Shown in pieces: positions 32,745 through 41,775 of a stretch of DNA of 64,000 nt (the stretch's first letter is position 1; each line of letters opens with the position of its first letter). Where the stretch lies: positions 438 to 64,437 of the forward strand of contig JBGARB010000004.1 in assembly GCA_044230495.1 (NCBI GenBank), given 5' to 3'. The stretch comes from Rhodocyclaceae bacterium (GTDB lineage Bacteria > Pseudomonadota > Gammaproteobacteria > Burkholderiales > Rhodocyclaceae). Both the position numbers and the translations under genes were made by a program. The notes under the pieces were generated by a model. It saw only the letters and a program-made list of their open reading frames with translations. It made no database searches and was not told the DNA's origin.

Positions 32745-33217
32745 CAGCAGCCTCCCGCCTTGTTCTTGGCCCAGCAATTGCCGGTGGGTGCCGTCCAGCC
32801 GGCCGGCACGGAGTCTGTCGCGCGGATGTTGCGCTCGTCGATCGAATACACGAGGCCCGCCAGATCGCCCGAACCGCTTGCCGTGATGACGAACGTCGAG
32901 CCCGTCAGCGTCGGGCAGGCAAAGGTGAAACCGCCCGGCGTCGGCTCGGGGAGCGGCGCCTGCGTGCCGGGCTGGCATGCCCCGGCGTAGGTGCGGAAGT
33001 CCTGGAACTGGCGCTCCATGCGGATACGCATTTCGGACAACGTATTGATCGCCTCAGAGATCTTGCCGCGCCGCACGTATTCGACGTAGTTCGGATAGAC
33101 GATGCCGGCCAGAATGCCGATGATCGTCAGCACGACCATCAGTTCGATCAGCGAAAAGCCGCCCTCGCCGCCACGTTGGCGCATCGGTTGCTCGGCAGTG
33201 AAGATTGCAACGGACAT
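32744..33217 (-). CDS. pilE: type IV pilin PilE-like
   Basis: …GG|FSLIELMVVLTIIGILAGIVYPNYVEYVRRGKISEA is a class III signal plus a pilin N-terminal helix. The start is either ATG 33217 (good AAAGGGGA RBS) or ATG 33184. A C-terminal Cys pair is present. Confidence 0.8.
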   Translation of the reverse strand: MSVAIFTAEQPMRQRGGEGGFSLIELMVVLTIIGILAGIVYPNYVEYVRRGKISEAINTLSEMRIRMERQFQDFRTYAGACQPGTQAPLPEPTPGGFTFACPTLTGSTFVITASGSGDLAGLVYSIDERNIRATDSVPAGWTAPTGNCWAKNKAGGC

Positions 33218-33261
33218 CGGATCCCCTTTCAGCGTCGCCAGTTTCGTCGCCGGTCCCCACG

Positions 33262-33282
33262 CCGGCAATCAGGCATTGCCGG
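33262..33282. promoter_or_regulatory. inverted repeat CCGGCAAT-N5-ATTGCCGG in the divergent pilE / sensor-kinase spacer
   Basis: Perfect 8-bp arms were read directly from the sequence. It may be an operator for the adjacent NarL-type regulator or simply a hairpin. No functional evidence. Confidence 0.25.
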
Positions 33283-33313
33283 AGCATCATAGGGGAAACC
33301 TGATCAGCGCCCG

Positions 33314-33338
33314 AAACTACAGTGGTGGTGACACGGCG
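33314..33338 (+). repeat. 25-bp dispersed repeat, copy 6 (AAACTACAGTGGTGGTGACACGGCG)
   Basis: Lies in the divergent pilE / sensor-kinase spacer. Its 3' CGGCGC forms the base of an imperfect hairpin, CGGCGC-TT-GGC-cgcaaa-GCC-GCGCCG. Confidence 0.9.
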
Positions 33339-33395
33339 CTTGGCCGCAAAGCCGCGCCGGCAGGGCGATTCGCGGCGCTGGGCTATAGTAGCCGC

Positions 33396-34619
33396 ATGAC
33401 CCGCCGCGCCCTGCTCTGCGGAATACTCACGACCGCGCCAAGCCTCGCCCCGGCCGCCGATGGCACTGCCGGCGGCACGCTGATGCCGGTCATGCTGACC
33501 TTGGCGGCGAGCTTCTTCGGCGCGCTGCTGCTGCTCGCGCTGTGGTCGGGCTGGCGGCAGCGGCGCCTGCTGCGCGAACTGCGCCGGCGCGAAACGCTGT
33601 TCGCGGCCTTCTTCGACCAATCGCCCACGGGCCTCGCGATGCTCGACCGCGAGCTGCGCTACGTGCGCGCCAACGCCGTGCGCGAGCGTCTGCCCGGCGC
33701 CTCCGGCGCGCTCGCCGGTCGCGCCATGCGCGATGCGGCGCCGGCGCTGGCGGCAGCGGCGATGCCGCGGCTGCATGATCTCGTGGTGGCCGGCCGCGCG
33801 GTGACTGCCCTCGACATCGCGCTGCCGCTGCCCGAGGGCGAACGCCGCTGGCTGGTGTCGTGGTTCCCGCTGCCGGGCGTACATGGCGCGCCGGGCGGCG
33901 TCGGCGAAATCGTCGTCGATGTCACCGAACGGGCGCTGGCCGAGCGCGCGCTGGCCGCATCGGCAACGCAGATCAGACGGCTGGCGGCGCATCGCGAGGA
34001 CGAACGCGAACGCGAATACCGTCGCCTGGCGCGCGAATTCCACGACGAACTGGGCCAGACGCTCACCGGCGCACGCCTGCAGTTGCAACTCGTCGAGAAG
34101 GCGCTGCGCGGCGACGAATCCGGCCTGCTCGCGCTGGCCACCATCGAACGCATGCTCGGCGAGGCTTATCGCAGCGTCAAGACCATCGCCGCCGAGCTGC
34201 GTCCGCCGGCGCTGAACCTCGGCCTCGCCGCCGCCATCGAGTGGCAGGCCGAGCGCCTGCTGGTGCCCGCCGGCATCCGCTTCACGCTGGCGCCGGGACC
34301 GGCCGACGGCCTCGACGAAGCGCGCGCGACGACGCTGTTCCGCATCGTGCAGGAGGCGCTGACCAATATCGTGCGCTATGCCGGCGCCTCCACGGTGCAT
34401 GTCTCGCTGCGCACCGAAGGCGCGGAGCACGTGCTGACCATCGCTGATGACGGCCGCGGCTTTGCGCCGGACGGCGTCGACCGGCTGGCGCATTTCGGCC
34501 TGTCCGGCATGAGCGAGCGTGCCAGTGCACTGGGTGGTCGCCTCGACATCGACAGCGCGCCCGGCGAAGGCACGCGCATTGCTGTCTTTCTGCCCGTCCT
34601 GCTGGAGCCTGCCGCATGA
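33396..34619 (+). CDS. sensor histidine kinase (TM - PAS-like - HisKA_3 - HATPase)
   Basis: Trimmed to MTRRALLCGIL (ATG 33396). It contains the HisKA_3 H-box LAREFHDELGQTLTG and a C-terminal ATPase with GGRLDIDSAPGEGTRI. Confidence 0.8.
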   Translation: MTRRALLCGILTTAPSLAPAADGTAGGTLMPVMLTLAASFFGALLLLALWSGWRQRRLLRELRRRETLFAAFFDQSPTGLAMLDRELRYVRANAVRERLPGASGALAGRAMRDAAPALAAAAMPRLHDLVVAGRAVTALDIALPLPEGERRWLVSWFPLPGVHGAPGGVGEIVVDVTERALAERALAASATQIRRLAAHREDEREREYRRLAREFHDELGQTLTGARLQLQLVEKALRGDESGLLALATIERMLGEAYRSVKTIAAELRPPALNLGLAAAIEWQAERLLVPAGIRFTLAPGPADGLDEARATTLFRIVQEALTNIVRYAGASTVHVSLRTEGAEHVLTIADDGRGFAPDGVDRLAHFGLSGMSERASALGGRLDIDSAPGEGTRIAVFLPVLLEPAA

Positions 34620-35245
34620 TCCGCGCCATCGTCGCCGACGACCACACCCTGTTCCGCATCGGCCTCAAGCAATTGCTGGAGTCGTTCGGCGACATCGCCG
34701 TCGTCGCCGAGGCCGCGAACGCCGACGAAGCCCTGCACCGCCTGGCGACCGTTAACTGCACGCTGCTGGTGTGCGACCTGACGATGCCCGGCGTCACCGG
34801 CACCAGCCTGATCGAGGCCGTGCGCGCCGCGCACGCCGGGCTGCCGATCCTCGTGTTGTCGATGCACGATGAACCGGCCACCGTACGTCGTGCACTGGCT
34901 GCCGGAGCGACCGGCTACCTCACCAAGGAATCCTCACCGGATGTCCTCCATGCGGCCGTGCAGGCGGTGGCGCGCGGTGAACGTTACCTGCCGCCGACGC
35001 TGGCACAGGCTCTGGCATTCGAGTCGGCGGCGGCCACCCGCGCCGCACACGAGGCCCTGAGCCAGCGCGAGTTGCAGGTTTTCCGGCTGATTGCCGCCGG
35101 GTCGTCGCTGGCGGCCATCGCCGAGCAACTGGGACTGTCGCCGAAGACCATCACCACGCACAAGACGCACCTGATGGAGAAGCTCGGCGTCGCGAACAAC
35201 GCCGACCTGATCCGCTACGCCGTCGAACACCGGCTGTTTGAATGA
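34616..35245 (+). CDS. NarL/FixJ-family response regulator (REC + LuxR HTH)
   Basis: MIRAIVADDHTLFRIGL...DLTMPG... REC domain and LSQRELQVFRLIAAGSSLAAIAEQLGLSPKTITTHKTHLMEKLG HTH. The start overlaps the kinase stop. Confidence 0.9.
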   Translation: MIRAIVADDHTLFRIGLKQLLESFGDIAVVAEAANADEALHRLATVNCTLLVCDLTMPGVTGTSLIEAVRAAHAGLPILVLSMHDEPATVRRALAAGATGYLTKESSPDVLHAAVQAVARGERYLPPTLAQALAFESAAATRAAHEALSQRELQVFRLIAAGSSLAAIAEQLGLSPKTITTHKTHLMEKLGVANNADLIRYAVEHRLFE

Positions 35246-35299
35246 CGGCATTGCATCGATTGATCTGGGGGCGCCAAGCCGGCGGTTAGACTGACGAGC

Positions 35300-35324
35300 C
35301 GCCGTTCCGCCGCCACTGTCGTTT
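35300..35324 (-). repeat. 25-bp dispersed repeat, degenerate copy 7 (AAACGACAGTGGCGGCGGAACGGCG, 22/25 match)
   Basis: Lies immediately upstream of, and overlapping, the TTG start of the SulP-Usp gene. Confidence 0.6.
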
Positions 35325-37899
35325 GACCGCCGTTCCCGACCGCGCCACGTTGTTGCGTCTGCTGCCCTTCCTGCGCTGGTGGCCGCTGGTCACGCGTGCA
35401 ACGCTGAAGGAAGACCTGCTCGCCGGCCTCACCGGCGCGCTGATCGTGCTGCCGCAAGGCGTCGCCTTTGCCACCATCGCCGGCCTGCCGCCGCAGTACG
35501 GCCTCTACGCGGCGATGATGCCGGCAATCGTCGCCGCGCTGTTCGGCTCCTCGTGGCATCTGGTGTCCGGCCCCACCACCGCGATCTCCATTGCGCTCTA
35601 CGCCGCGCTGCATTCGCTCGCCGAACCGGGCACGCCCGAATACGTCGGCCTGGCGCTGACGCTGACGCTGCAGGTGGGCATCTTCCAGATGGCGCTTGGC
35701 CTGGCGCGCATGGGTGCCGTGGTGAATTTCATTTCGCATACCGTGGTCATCGGCTTCACCACCGGCGCGGCGGTGCTCATCGCCGCCAGCCAGGTGCGCA
35801 GTTTCTTCGGCATCGACATTCCGCGCGGCGTCCCGTTCTATGAAATCCTCCACCAGTTCGCGTTGCAGATCGACCGCATCAACCCGTGGGTGACGGCGGT
35901 CGGCGTGGCGACGCTGGCGGCCGGCCTGTTCGTCAAGCGACGCTGGAAGAAGTTTCCCTACATGATCGCGGCGATGGTCGGCGGCGGCCTCGTCGCCTTC
36001 GCCTTCAACACCGAGTTCGGCCAGACCGAAACCGGCATCCGGACGGTCGGCGCGCTGCCTGCCGGGTTGCCGCCGTTCTCTTGGCCGGACTTCTCCTTCG
36101 CGGCGCTGAAAAAGACCTTCGGCCCCGCGCTGGTCATCACCATGCTGGCGCTTACCGAAGCGGTGTCGATCGCGCGCGCCATCGCCGTACGCTCGGAACA
36201 GCGCATCGACGGCAACCAGGAGTTCATCGGCCAGGGCCTGTCGAACCTCGTCGGCGCGTTCTTTTCGGGCTATGCGTCTTCGGGTTCGTTCAACCGCTCC
36301 GGCGTGAACTACGAAGCCGGCGCGCGCACGCCGCTGGCCACGGTCTTCGCATCGCTGTTCCTGCTCGTCATCCTGCTCGTCGTCGCACCGCTCGCCGCCT
36401 ATCTGCCCAACGCCGCGATGGCCGGCATCCTGTTCCTCGTCGCCTGGGGACTGATCGACTTCCACCACATCACCTCGATCTGGCGGACCAGCCGCACCGA
36501 ATCCGCCGTGCTGTGGGTCACCGTCATCGGCACGTTGATGAACCTCGAGGCCGGCATCGTCGCCGGCGTCCTGCTCTCGCTGCTGCTCTACCTGCATCGC
36601 ACCTCGCGGCCGACCATCGACACGCTGGTGCCGGCGGTCGATGCCAGCGGCTATCATTTCATCGATGCGCGCGGCCACAAGGAGTGCCCGCAACTGCGCA
36701 TCGTGCGCATCAACGGTTCGGCCTATTTCGGCGCGGTCGACCACATCCAGAGCGCGCTGCAGCAGATCGATCTGGACAACCCGCGGCAGAAATCCGTACT
36801 CGTCGTTTCGCTGGGCATGAACTTCATCGACGTCGCCGGCGCCGAGATGTTCGCGCAGGAGGCACGCCGTCGCCGACGGCTTGGCGGCGGACTGTACTTC
36901 TATCGCATGAAGCCGGCAGCGTACGAAATCCTCCGCCAGGGCGACTACGTACACGACATCGGCGAAGGCGCGTTTTTCCCGGTGAAGACCAATCCCACCG
37001 ACGCGCTGTACTGGACGCTCGACCCGGACATTTGCCGCACTTGCAAGGCGCGCATCTTCGCCAACTGCCACAGCGGCCGCCTGCCCGACGGCGACCGCCG
37101 CCTGCGCCTGATGCTCGCCGCCGACGGCAGCGACATGGCCGCGGCGCCCCGCGCCCTGGCACTCGACCTTGCCCATGCCATGGGCGTCACGCTCGACGTG
37201 GTGGGCGTCAGCGCCAACGACGCCGAGGCCTTCGAGGTCGACACGCGCCTGGCCGACATCGCCCGCGAAGGCGTGCGCCGCGATGTCGCCTGCGAGCCGG
37301 TGCATCGACGCGGCAACGACCTCGCGCGCGAAATCCACGACGCCGCGGCGCGCGCCCATACGCAATTGCTCGTCATCGGCCGCCGGCTGATCCCGCTCAA
37401 GGGCAACGAGTTCGGCCCCTTCGCGCAGCGCCTCGTCGCCACCGCGCCGTGCCATACGTTGATCGTCGCGCCGGAAAGCCGGTTGTGGTCGCGGCGCATT
37501 CTGGTCGCCTTCGACGGCAGCGACGCCGCGCTGCAGGCCTGCGACTTCGCCGCGCAGCTTGCCAAGCCGGCTCATTTGCCGATCACGCTGCTGTCGGTAG
37601 GCGATGCCGCCAGCGCCGCCTTTGCACCGATCAGCGATGCCGCGCAACTGGCGCTGGCGCGGCTGCGCGCCGACGGCGTCGAGGGCGCGCACGAGGTGCG
37701 CAGCGGCCGCGTTGCCGATGCGCTGATCACTTGCGCCGCCGAGGGCGGCGCCGACCTCATCGTGCTCTATCGCCATACGCGCGGCGCGCTCGCGCGCACC
37801 TTGCTGGGCAGCGTCAGCCATGAAGTGATTCTGCGCGCCGGCGTCCCTGTGCTGCTCGTTGGTGCCGCCGAGCAGCGCGCGGCGGCGCTCAACGGCTGA
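35323..37899 (+). CDS. SulP-family anion transporter fused to STAS and two C-terminal universal-stress-protein (Usp) domains
   Basis: An 858-aa ORF with a TTG start. It has a SulP TM core (…GLPPQYGLYAAMMPAIV…), a STAS domain (…VVSLGMNFIDVAGAEMF…), then two Usp-like halves (…LMLAADGSDMA… and …ILVAFDGSDAAL…GSVSHEVILRAGVPVLLV). Confidence 0.85.
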   Translation: MTAVPDRATLLRLLPFLRWWPLVTRATLKEDLLAGLTGALIVLPQGVAFATIAGLPPQYGLYAAMMPAIVAALFGSSWHLVSGPTTAISIALYAALHSLAEPGTPEYVGLALTLTLQVGIFQMALGLARMGAVVNFISHTVVIGFTTGAAVLIAASQVRSFFGIDIPRGVPFYEILHQFALQIDRINPWVTAVGVATLAAGLFVKRRWKKFPYMIAAMVGGGLVAFAFNTEFGQTETGIRTVGALPAGLPPFSWPDFSFAALKKTFGPALVITMLALTEAVSIARAIAVRSEQRIDGNQEFIGQGLSNLVGAFFSGYASSGSFNRSGVNYEAGARTPLATVFASLFLLVILLVVAPLAAYLPNAAMAGILFLVAWGLIDFHHITSIWRTSRTESAVLWVTVIGTLMNLEAGIVAGVLLSLLLYLHRTSRPTIDTLVPAVDASGYHFIDARGHKECPQLRIVRINGSAYFGAVDHIQSALQQIDLDNPRQKSVLVVSLGMNFIDVAGAEMFAQEARRRRRLGGGLYFYRMKPAAYEILRQGDYVHDIGEGAFFPVKTNPTDALYWTLDPDICRTCKARIFANCHSGRLPDGDRRLRLMLAADGSDMAAAPRALALDLAHAMGVTLDVVGVSANDAEAFEVDTRLADIAREGVRRDVACEPVHRRGNDLAREIHDAAARAHTQLLVIGRRLIPLKGNEFGPFAQRLVATAPCHTLIVAPESRLWSRRILVAFDGSDAALQACDFAAQLAKPAHLPITLLSVGDAASAAFAPISDAAQLALARLRADGVEGAHEVRSGRVADALITCAAEGGADLIVLYRHTRGALARTLLGSVSHEVILRAGVPVLLVGAAEQRAAALNG

Positions 37900-37904
37900 T
37901 CGGA

Positions 37905-37929
37905 AAACTACAGTGGTGGCAGGACGGCG
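37905..37929 (+). repeat. 25-bp dispersed repeat, copy 8 (AAACTACAGTGGTGGCAGGACGGCG)
   Basis: Lies 5 nt after the SulP-Usp stop. It is the first of two direct copies in the 337-nt convergent spacer. Confidence 0.9.
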
Positions 37930-38100
37930 GTAGAGGCGTCGCCGGCACGGGTGACGTCGTGGCGCCGTAGCGCCCCGCACCTCGGGCGGCCGGCGCAGCG
38001 AGGTAGAGAAGGAGCCGCCGGAGGCGGCGGGTGACACGAGCGTAGTCGGTGCCCGAAGGTCGCGGGGCGCGGAACCGCATTGCGGTTTCGGCGCCCGCCC

Positions 38101-38125
38101 AAACTACAGTGGTGGCGGGACGGCG
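38101..38125 (+). repeat. 25-bp dispersed repeat, copy 9 (AAACTACAGTGGTGGCGGGACGGCG)
   Basis: The second direct copy, 196 nt after copy 8 and 111 nt before the stop of the small hydrogenase-like subunit. Confidence 0.9.
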
Positions 38126-38236
38126 GTCGAGTCGCCCCAAGCCTGAGTCGCCACCACGCATCCCGCTCGCGGGCGCTGCGCCCTCACTGCGTGGGGCCCC
38201 CTCCGCTGCGAGCGGTCGCTATGGCAACACGGCGCT

Positions 38237-38758
38237 TCAGCGCCTGGCCACGGCGGCGAGAATCCCGCGCATGATCGCCAGCGGCGTCGGCGGGCAGCCC
38301 GGCACGCGCACATCGACGGGGATCACGTCGGCGACCGCACCGCAGGTCGCGTAATTGGCACCGAACAGCGCGCCGGCTTCGCCGCAGCCGGCGCCGCAAT
38401 CACCCACGGCGACGACGAGCTTCGGATCGGGCGTGCACTCGTAGGCGATCTTCAGCGCGTTCTCCATGTTCTTCGTCACCGGCCCGGTGACCAGCAGCAT
38501 GTCGGCGTGGCGCGGGCTGGCCACGAACTTGATGCCGCGTCCTTCGAGGTTGTAGTACGGATTGTTCATCGCGTGCACTTCCAGCTCGCAGCCGTTGCAC
38601 GAGCCGGCATCGACCTCGCGGATGGTCAGCGCGCGGCCGAGGATCGCCAGCACCTCGTCGCCCAGCCGCTCGACCTCGCGTGCCGGCGCATCCGTCGTGA
38701 GGTCGTGGCGCTCGGTGACGATGCCGGTCGAGAAGATGCGACGAATGAGCGGGATCAC
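38237..38758 (-). CDS. NuoB/HycG/HyfI-like small subunit (4Fe-4S) of a group-4-hydrogenase-related complex
   Basis: Trimmed to a GTG at 38758 overlapping the large-subunit stop. GSCNGCELE, VGDCG and PGCPPTP Cys motifs are retained. Confidence 0.85.
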   Translation of the reverse strand: MIPLIRRIFSTGIVTERHDLTTDAPAREVERLGDEVLAILGRALTIREVDAGSCNGCELEVHAMNNPYYNLEGRGIKFVASPRHADMLLVTGPVTKNMENALKIAYECTPDPKLVVAVGDCGAGCGEAGALFGANYATCGAVADVIPVDVRVPGCPPTPLAIMRGILAAVARR

Positions 38759-40314
38759 AGGTCGACTCCGCTGTAGGAGAGATTGAACGACTTGTTGATG
38801 AGCGGAAAATCGGGAACGATGTCCTTGAGCACGGCATGTTCGAGCGCCGGCCAGTTCTGCCACGACGGGTCGTGCGGATGCGCACGGGCGAGGCGGCCGT
38901 CGCCGTCGAGACGCACGCCGACCAGCGTCTCGCCGCGCCAACCCTCGACGACGCCCAGACCTTCGACGTGCGGCTGCGGCACCACGGTGACGCGCGACTC
39001 GCCCGAGGGCAGGCCGACGCACAGCTCGCGCAGCAGACGCAGCGATTCGGCGAGCTCCGAAAAACGTACCGCGGCGCGCGCCGCAACGTCGCCGCGTTCG
39101 TCGCTCGCCGGCCGCACGCCGAGCGCGGCGTAGGGCGGCGGCGGCGTGTAGCCGAGCCGATGGGCGCGGCCATCGAGCAGCAGGCCGCAGGCGCGCACGG
39201 CAAAGCCGGTGATCGACAGCTCGCGCGCCAGTTCCGCGGAGATCGTGCCGGTGGTGACGAAGCGGTCCTGCAGGCCGGCATGGTCGTCGTAGATCGCGCG
39301 CAAGATGGCTACTTCGCGGGCCATCGTTTCGCCCTGTGCAACGAGTTGCGCCAGCGCGCCGGCGGGCGGGTCGACAGCGACGCCGCCGGGCACGATGCGA
39401 TCCATCATGAAGCGGTGGCCGAACACCTCGGCGTTCAGCCGCAGCCAATCTTCCTTGAGGCGCAGGAACTGCGTCAGGCCAAAGGCCAGCGCGGCATCGT
39501 TGCCCAGCGCGCCGAGATCGCCCAGATGATTGGCCACGCGCTCGCGCTCGAGCATGACCGCGCGCAAACCCAGCGCGCGCGCCGGCACGTCGGTGGCGCA
39601 GGCCGTCTCGACGGCGCTTGCATACGCCCACGCGAAGGCGCAGGTGGAATCACCGGAGACGCGGCCGATCAGCTTGGCGCCGGTGACCAGGTCGGCACCG
39701 GCCAGCCGCCGCTCGGTACCCTTGTGCTGATAGCCCAGGCGCTGTTCGAGCCGCAGCACGCGCTCGCCGACGACCGAAAAGCGGAAGTGTCCCGGCTCGA
39801 TGATGCCGGCATGGATCGGGCCAACGGGGATCTCGTGCGCACCCTCGCCGCCGACCGTGACGAACGGGTAGTCGGTCGGCGCGTTGGCGTGCGTCGGTGC
39901 CGGGCCGGCATCGGCGCGCAGCGGGAACCAGCCTGCGGGCCAGCCGCCATGGCGCAGCCACGGACGCTGGTCGGGGCCGTCGTGACGCAGGCCGACCAGA
40001 TCGAAGGTGGCGCGTTGCAAGCGGTTGGCGGCCGAAAAGATGCCGGACAGATCGGGGTACGCGGGGTCGTCGGCGGGCAGCGGCAGCATCACCCACGCGT
40101 GCCCTTCCACCAGCCCGAAAACGACATGCAGGCGGAACCCGGTGCCATTCGCGGTGGCGTCCTCTCCCCACAATGCGGCAAGCCGTCCGTCGGCGGCGCG
40201 CACCGACCGCGCGAAGTCCAGCAGCGCGGCGCCATTTTCGGCCGTGCCGCGCCAGACCGGCGCACCGGCGCCCGGCTGCGGTGCGAAAACGATGGACGTG
40301 TCGATGGCGAACAT
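38755..40314 (-). CDS. NuoC-NuoD/HycE/HyfG-like large subunit lacking the NiFe-binding cysteines
   Basis: A 519-aa ORF. The core GPIHAGIIEPGHFRF…LGYQHKGTE is typical of the family. The N-terminal RxCGxCxxxH position reads GRVSGDSTCAFAW. The C-terminus reads FNLSYSGVDL-stop where DPCxxCxxR is expected. Confidence 0.85.
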   Translation of the reverse strand: MFAIDTSIVFAPQPGAGAPVWRGTAENGAALLDFARSVRAADGRLAALWGEDATANGTGFRLHVVFGLVEGHAWVMLPLPADDPAYPDLSGIFSAANRLQRATFDLVGLRHDGPDQRPWLRHGGWPAGWFPLRADAGPAPTHANAPTDYPFVTVGGEGAHEIPVGPIHAGIIEPGHFRFSVVGERVLRLEQRLGYQHKGTERRLAGADLVTGAKLIGRVSGDSTCAFAWAYASAVETACATDVPARALGLRAVMLERERVANHLGDLGALGNDAALAFGLTQFLRLKEDWLRLNAEVFGHRFMMDRIVPGGVAVDPPAGALAQLVAQGETMAREVAILRAIYDDHAGLQDRFVTTGTISAELARELSITGFAVRACGLLLDGRAHRLGYTPPPPYAALGVRPASDERGDVAARAAVRFSELAESLRLLRELCVGLPSGESRVTVVPQPHVEGLGVVEGWRGETLVGVRLDGDGRLARAHPHDPSWQNWPALEHAVLKDIVPDFPLINKSFNLSYSGVDL

Positions 40315-40320
40315 GATCTG

Positions 40321-41775
40321 CTAGCCCAGCATGCGCGCGGCTTCGTGGAACCACTGCCGCAGGTAGGGGGGAATCCACAGCCCGAACATCAGCACCAGCG
40401 CCAGATGCACGAAGACCGGCAGGATCGCCGGCGCGTGCGGCAACCGCCGCGCGCTGGTCTCGCCGAAGACCATCGGCTGCACCTTGCCGAAGATCGCCGC
40501 GAAGGCGACGCCCAGGCCGATGAGCAGGATCGGCATGGTCCACGGATAGTGGCGCATGGCGTGCGTCAGGATCATGAATTCGCTGGCGAAGACGCCGAAC
40601 GGCGGCATGCCGAGGATCGCCAGCGTGCCGATCATCAGGCCCCAGCCGATCAGCGGATTGATGTGCATGAGACCGCGGATGTCATCCATGATCTGCGTGC
40701 CGGTCTTCTGCGTGGCATGGCCGACGGCGAAGAAGATCGCCGACTTGGTCAGCGAATGCATGGTCATGTGCAGCAGACCGGCGAAATTCGCCACGGCGCC
40801 GCCCATGCCGGAAGCGAAGGTGATGAGCCCCATGTGTTCGATGGACGAATACGCGAACATGCGCTTGACGTCCTTCTGGCGCAGCAGGAAAAAGGCGGCA
40901 ACGAGCAGCGTGAACAGCCCGAAGCCCATCATCAGCGTGCCAGCGAAATCGGCCGGCAGCGCGCCGTCGGCGATCACCTTGCAACGCAGGATGGCGTAGA
41001 GCGCGACGTTGAGCAGCAGCCCGGAGAGTACGGCCGAAACGGGCGTCGGACCTTCGGCGTGGGCGTCGGGAAGCCAGTTGTGCAACGGCGCGAGGCCGAC
41101 CTTGGTGCCGTAGCCGACGAGCAGGAAGATGAAGGCCAGCGCCATGATCGCCGGCTCGAGCTGCGTATTGACGTTGACTAGGTAAGTCCACAGCAACGCG
41201 TTGCCCGTCTGGCCGAGCACGCGCTCGGCGGCGAAGTAGAGCAGGATGGTGCCGAACAGCGCCTGCGCAATGCCGACGCCGCAAAGGATGAAATATTTCC
41301 AGGCCGCTTCGAGGCTGGCCGGCGTGCGGTAGAGCGAGACCAGCAGCACGGTCGTCAACGTCGCCGCCTCCATCGCCACCCACAGGATGCCGAGGTTGTT
41401 GGTGGTCAGCGCCAGCAGCATGGTGAACATGAAGAGCTGGTACATGCTCTTGTAAAGGCGCAGGCGCGGGCGCGTCAGGCGCCCGTGCTCGCGCTCGTTC
41501 TTCATGTACGGGCCGGAGAAGATGCTGGTGGTCAGACCGACGAAGGCCGTCAGCGCGACGAAAAAGACGTTCAGCGAATCGATGAAGAACTGCTCGCCGA
41601 AGGCGAAGCGCGGTCCGTTGGCGACCACCTCGGCGGTGAGGCCGGCGGCGGCGAGGAAGGTGCCGAGGCTGGCGAGCGCGTTGAGGTTCGGCGCCCATGC
41701 GCGTTCGCCGGCGACGGTGAGCACCGCACCGCTGGCAAGCGGAATCAGCAGCATGAGGGCGAAGAAATCCGGCAT
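40321..41775 (-). CDS. NuoM/NuoN-type antiporter-like subunit (HyfF/HycQ-like)
   Basis: Trimmed to MPDFFALMLLIPLASG (ATG 41775, overlapping the upstream stop as TGATG). It is polytopic, with the WLPDAHAEGPTPVSA motif. Confidence 0.85.
   Translation of the reverse strand: MPDFFALMLLIPLASGAVLTVAGERAWAPNLNALASLGTFLAAAGLTAEVVANGPRFAFGEQFFIDSLNVFFVALTAFVGLTTSIFSGPYMKNEREHGRLTRPRLRLYKSMYQLFMFTMLLALTTNNLGILWVAMEAATLTTVLLVSLYRTPASLEAAWKYFILCGVGIAQALFGTILLYFAAERVLGQTGNALLWTYLVNVNTQLEPAIMALAFIFLLVGYGTKVGLAPLHNWLPDAHAEGPTPVSAVLSGLLLNVALYAILRCKVIADGALPADFAGTLMMGFGLFTLLVAAFFLLRQKDVKRMFAYSSIEHMGLITFASGMGGAVANFAGLLHMTMHSLTKSAIFFAVGHATQKTGTQIMDDIRGLMHINPLIGWGLMIGTLAILGMPPFGVFASEFMILTHAMRHYPWTMPILLIGLGVAFAAIFGKVQPMVFGETSARRLPHAPAILPVFVHLALVLMFGLWIPPYLRQWFHEAARMLG

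Noticed and set aside
33218-33300. A sigma-54 promoter (GG-N10-GC) upstream of pilE.
   Set aside because: The candidates TGGCGACGCTGAAAG and GGCAATGCCTGATTGC have the wrong GG-to-GC spacing. The second is better explained as an inverted repeat.
35215-38037. A 940-aa minus-strand ORF opposite the SulP-Usp gene.
   Set aside because: It is an antisense GC-artefact ORF with Arg/Ala/Gly-rich sequence and no motifs. The + strand gene has clear SulP, STAS and Usp sequence.
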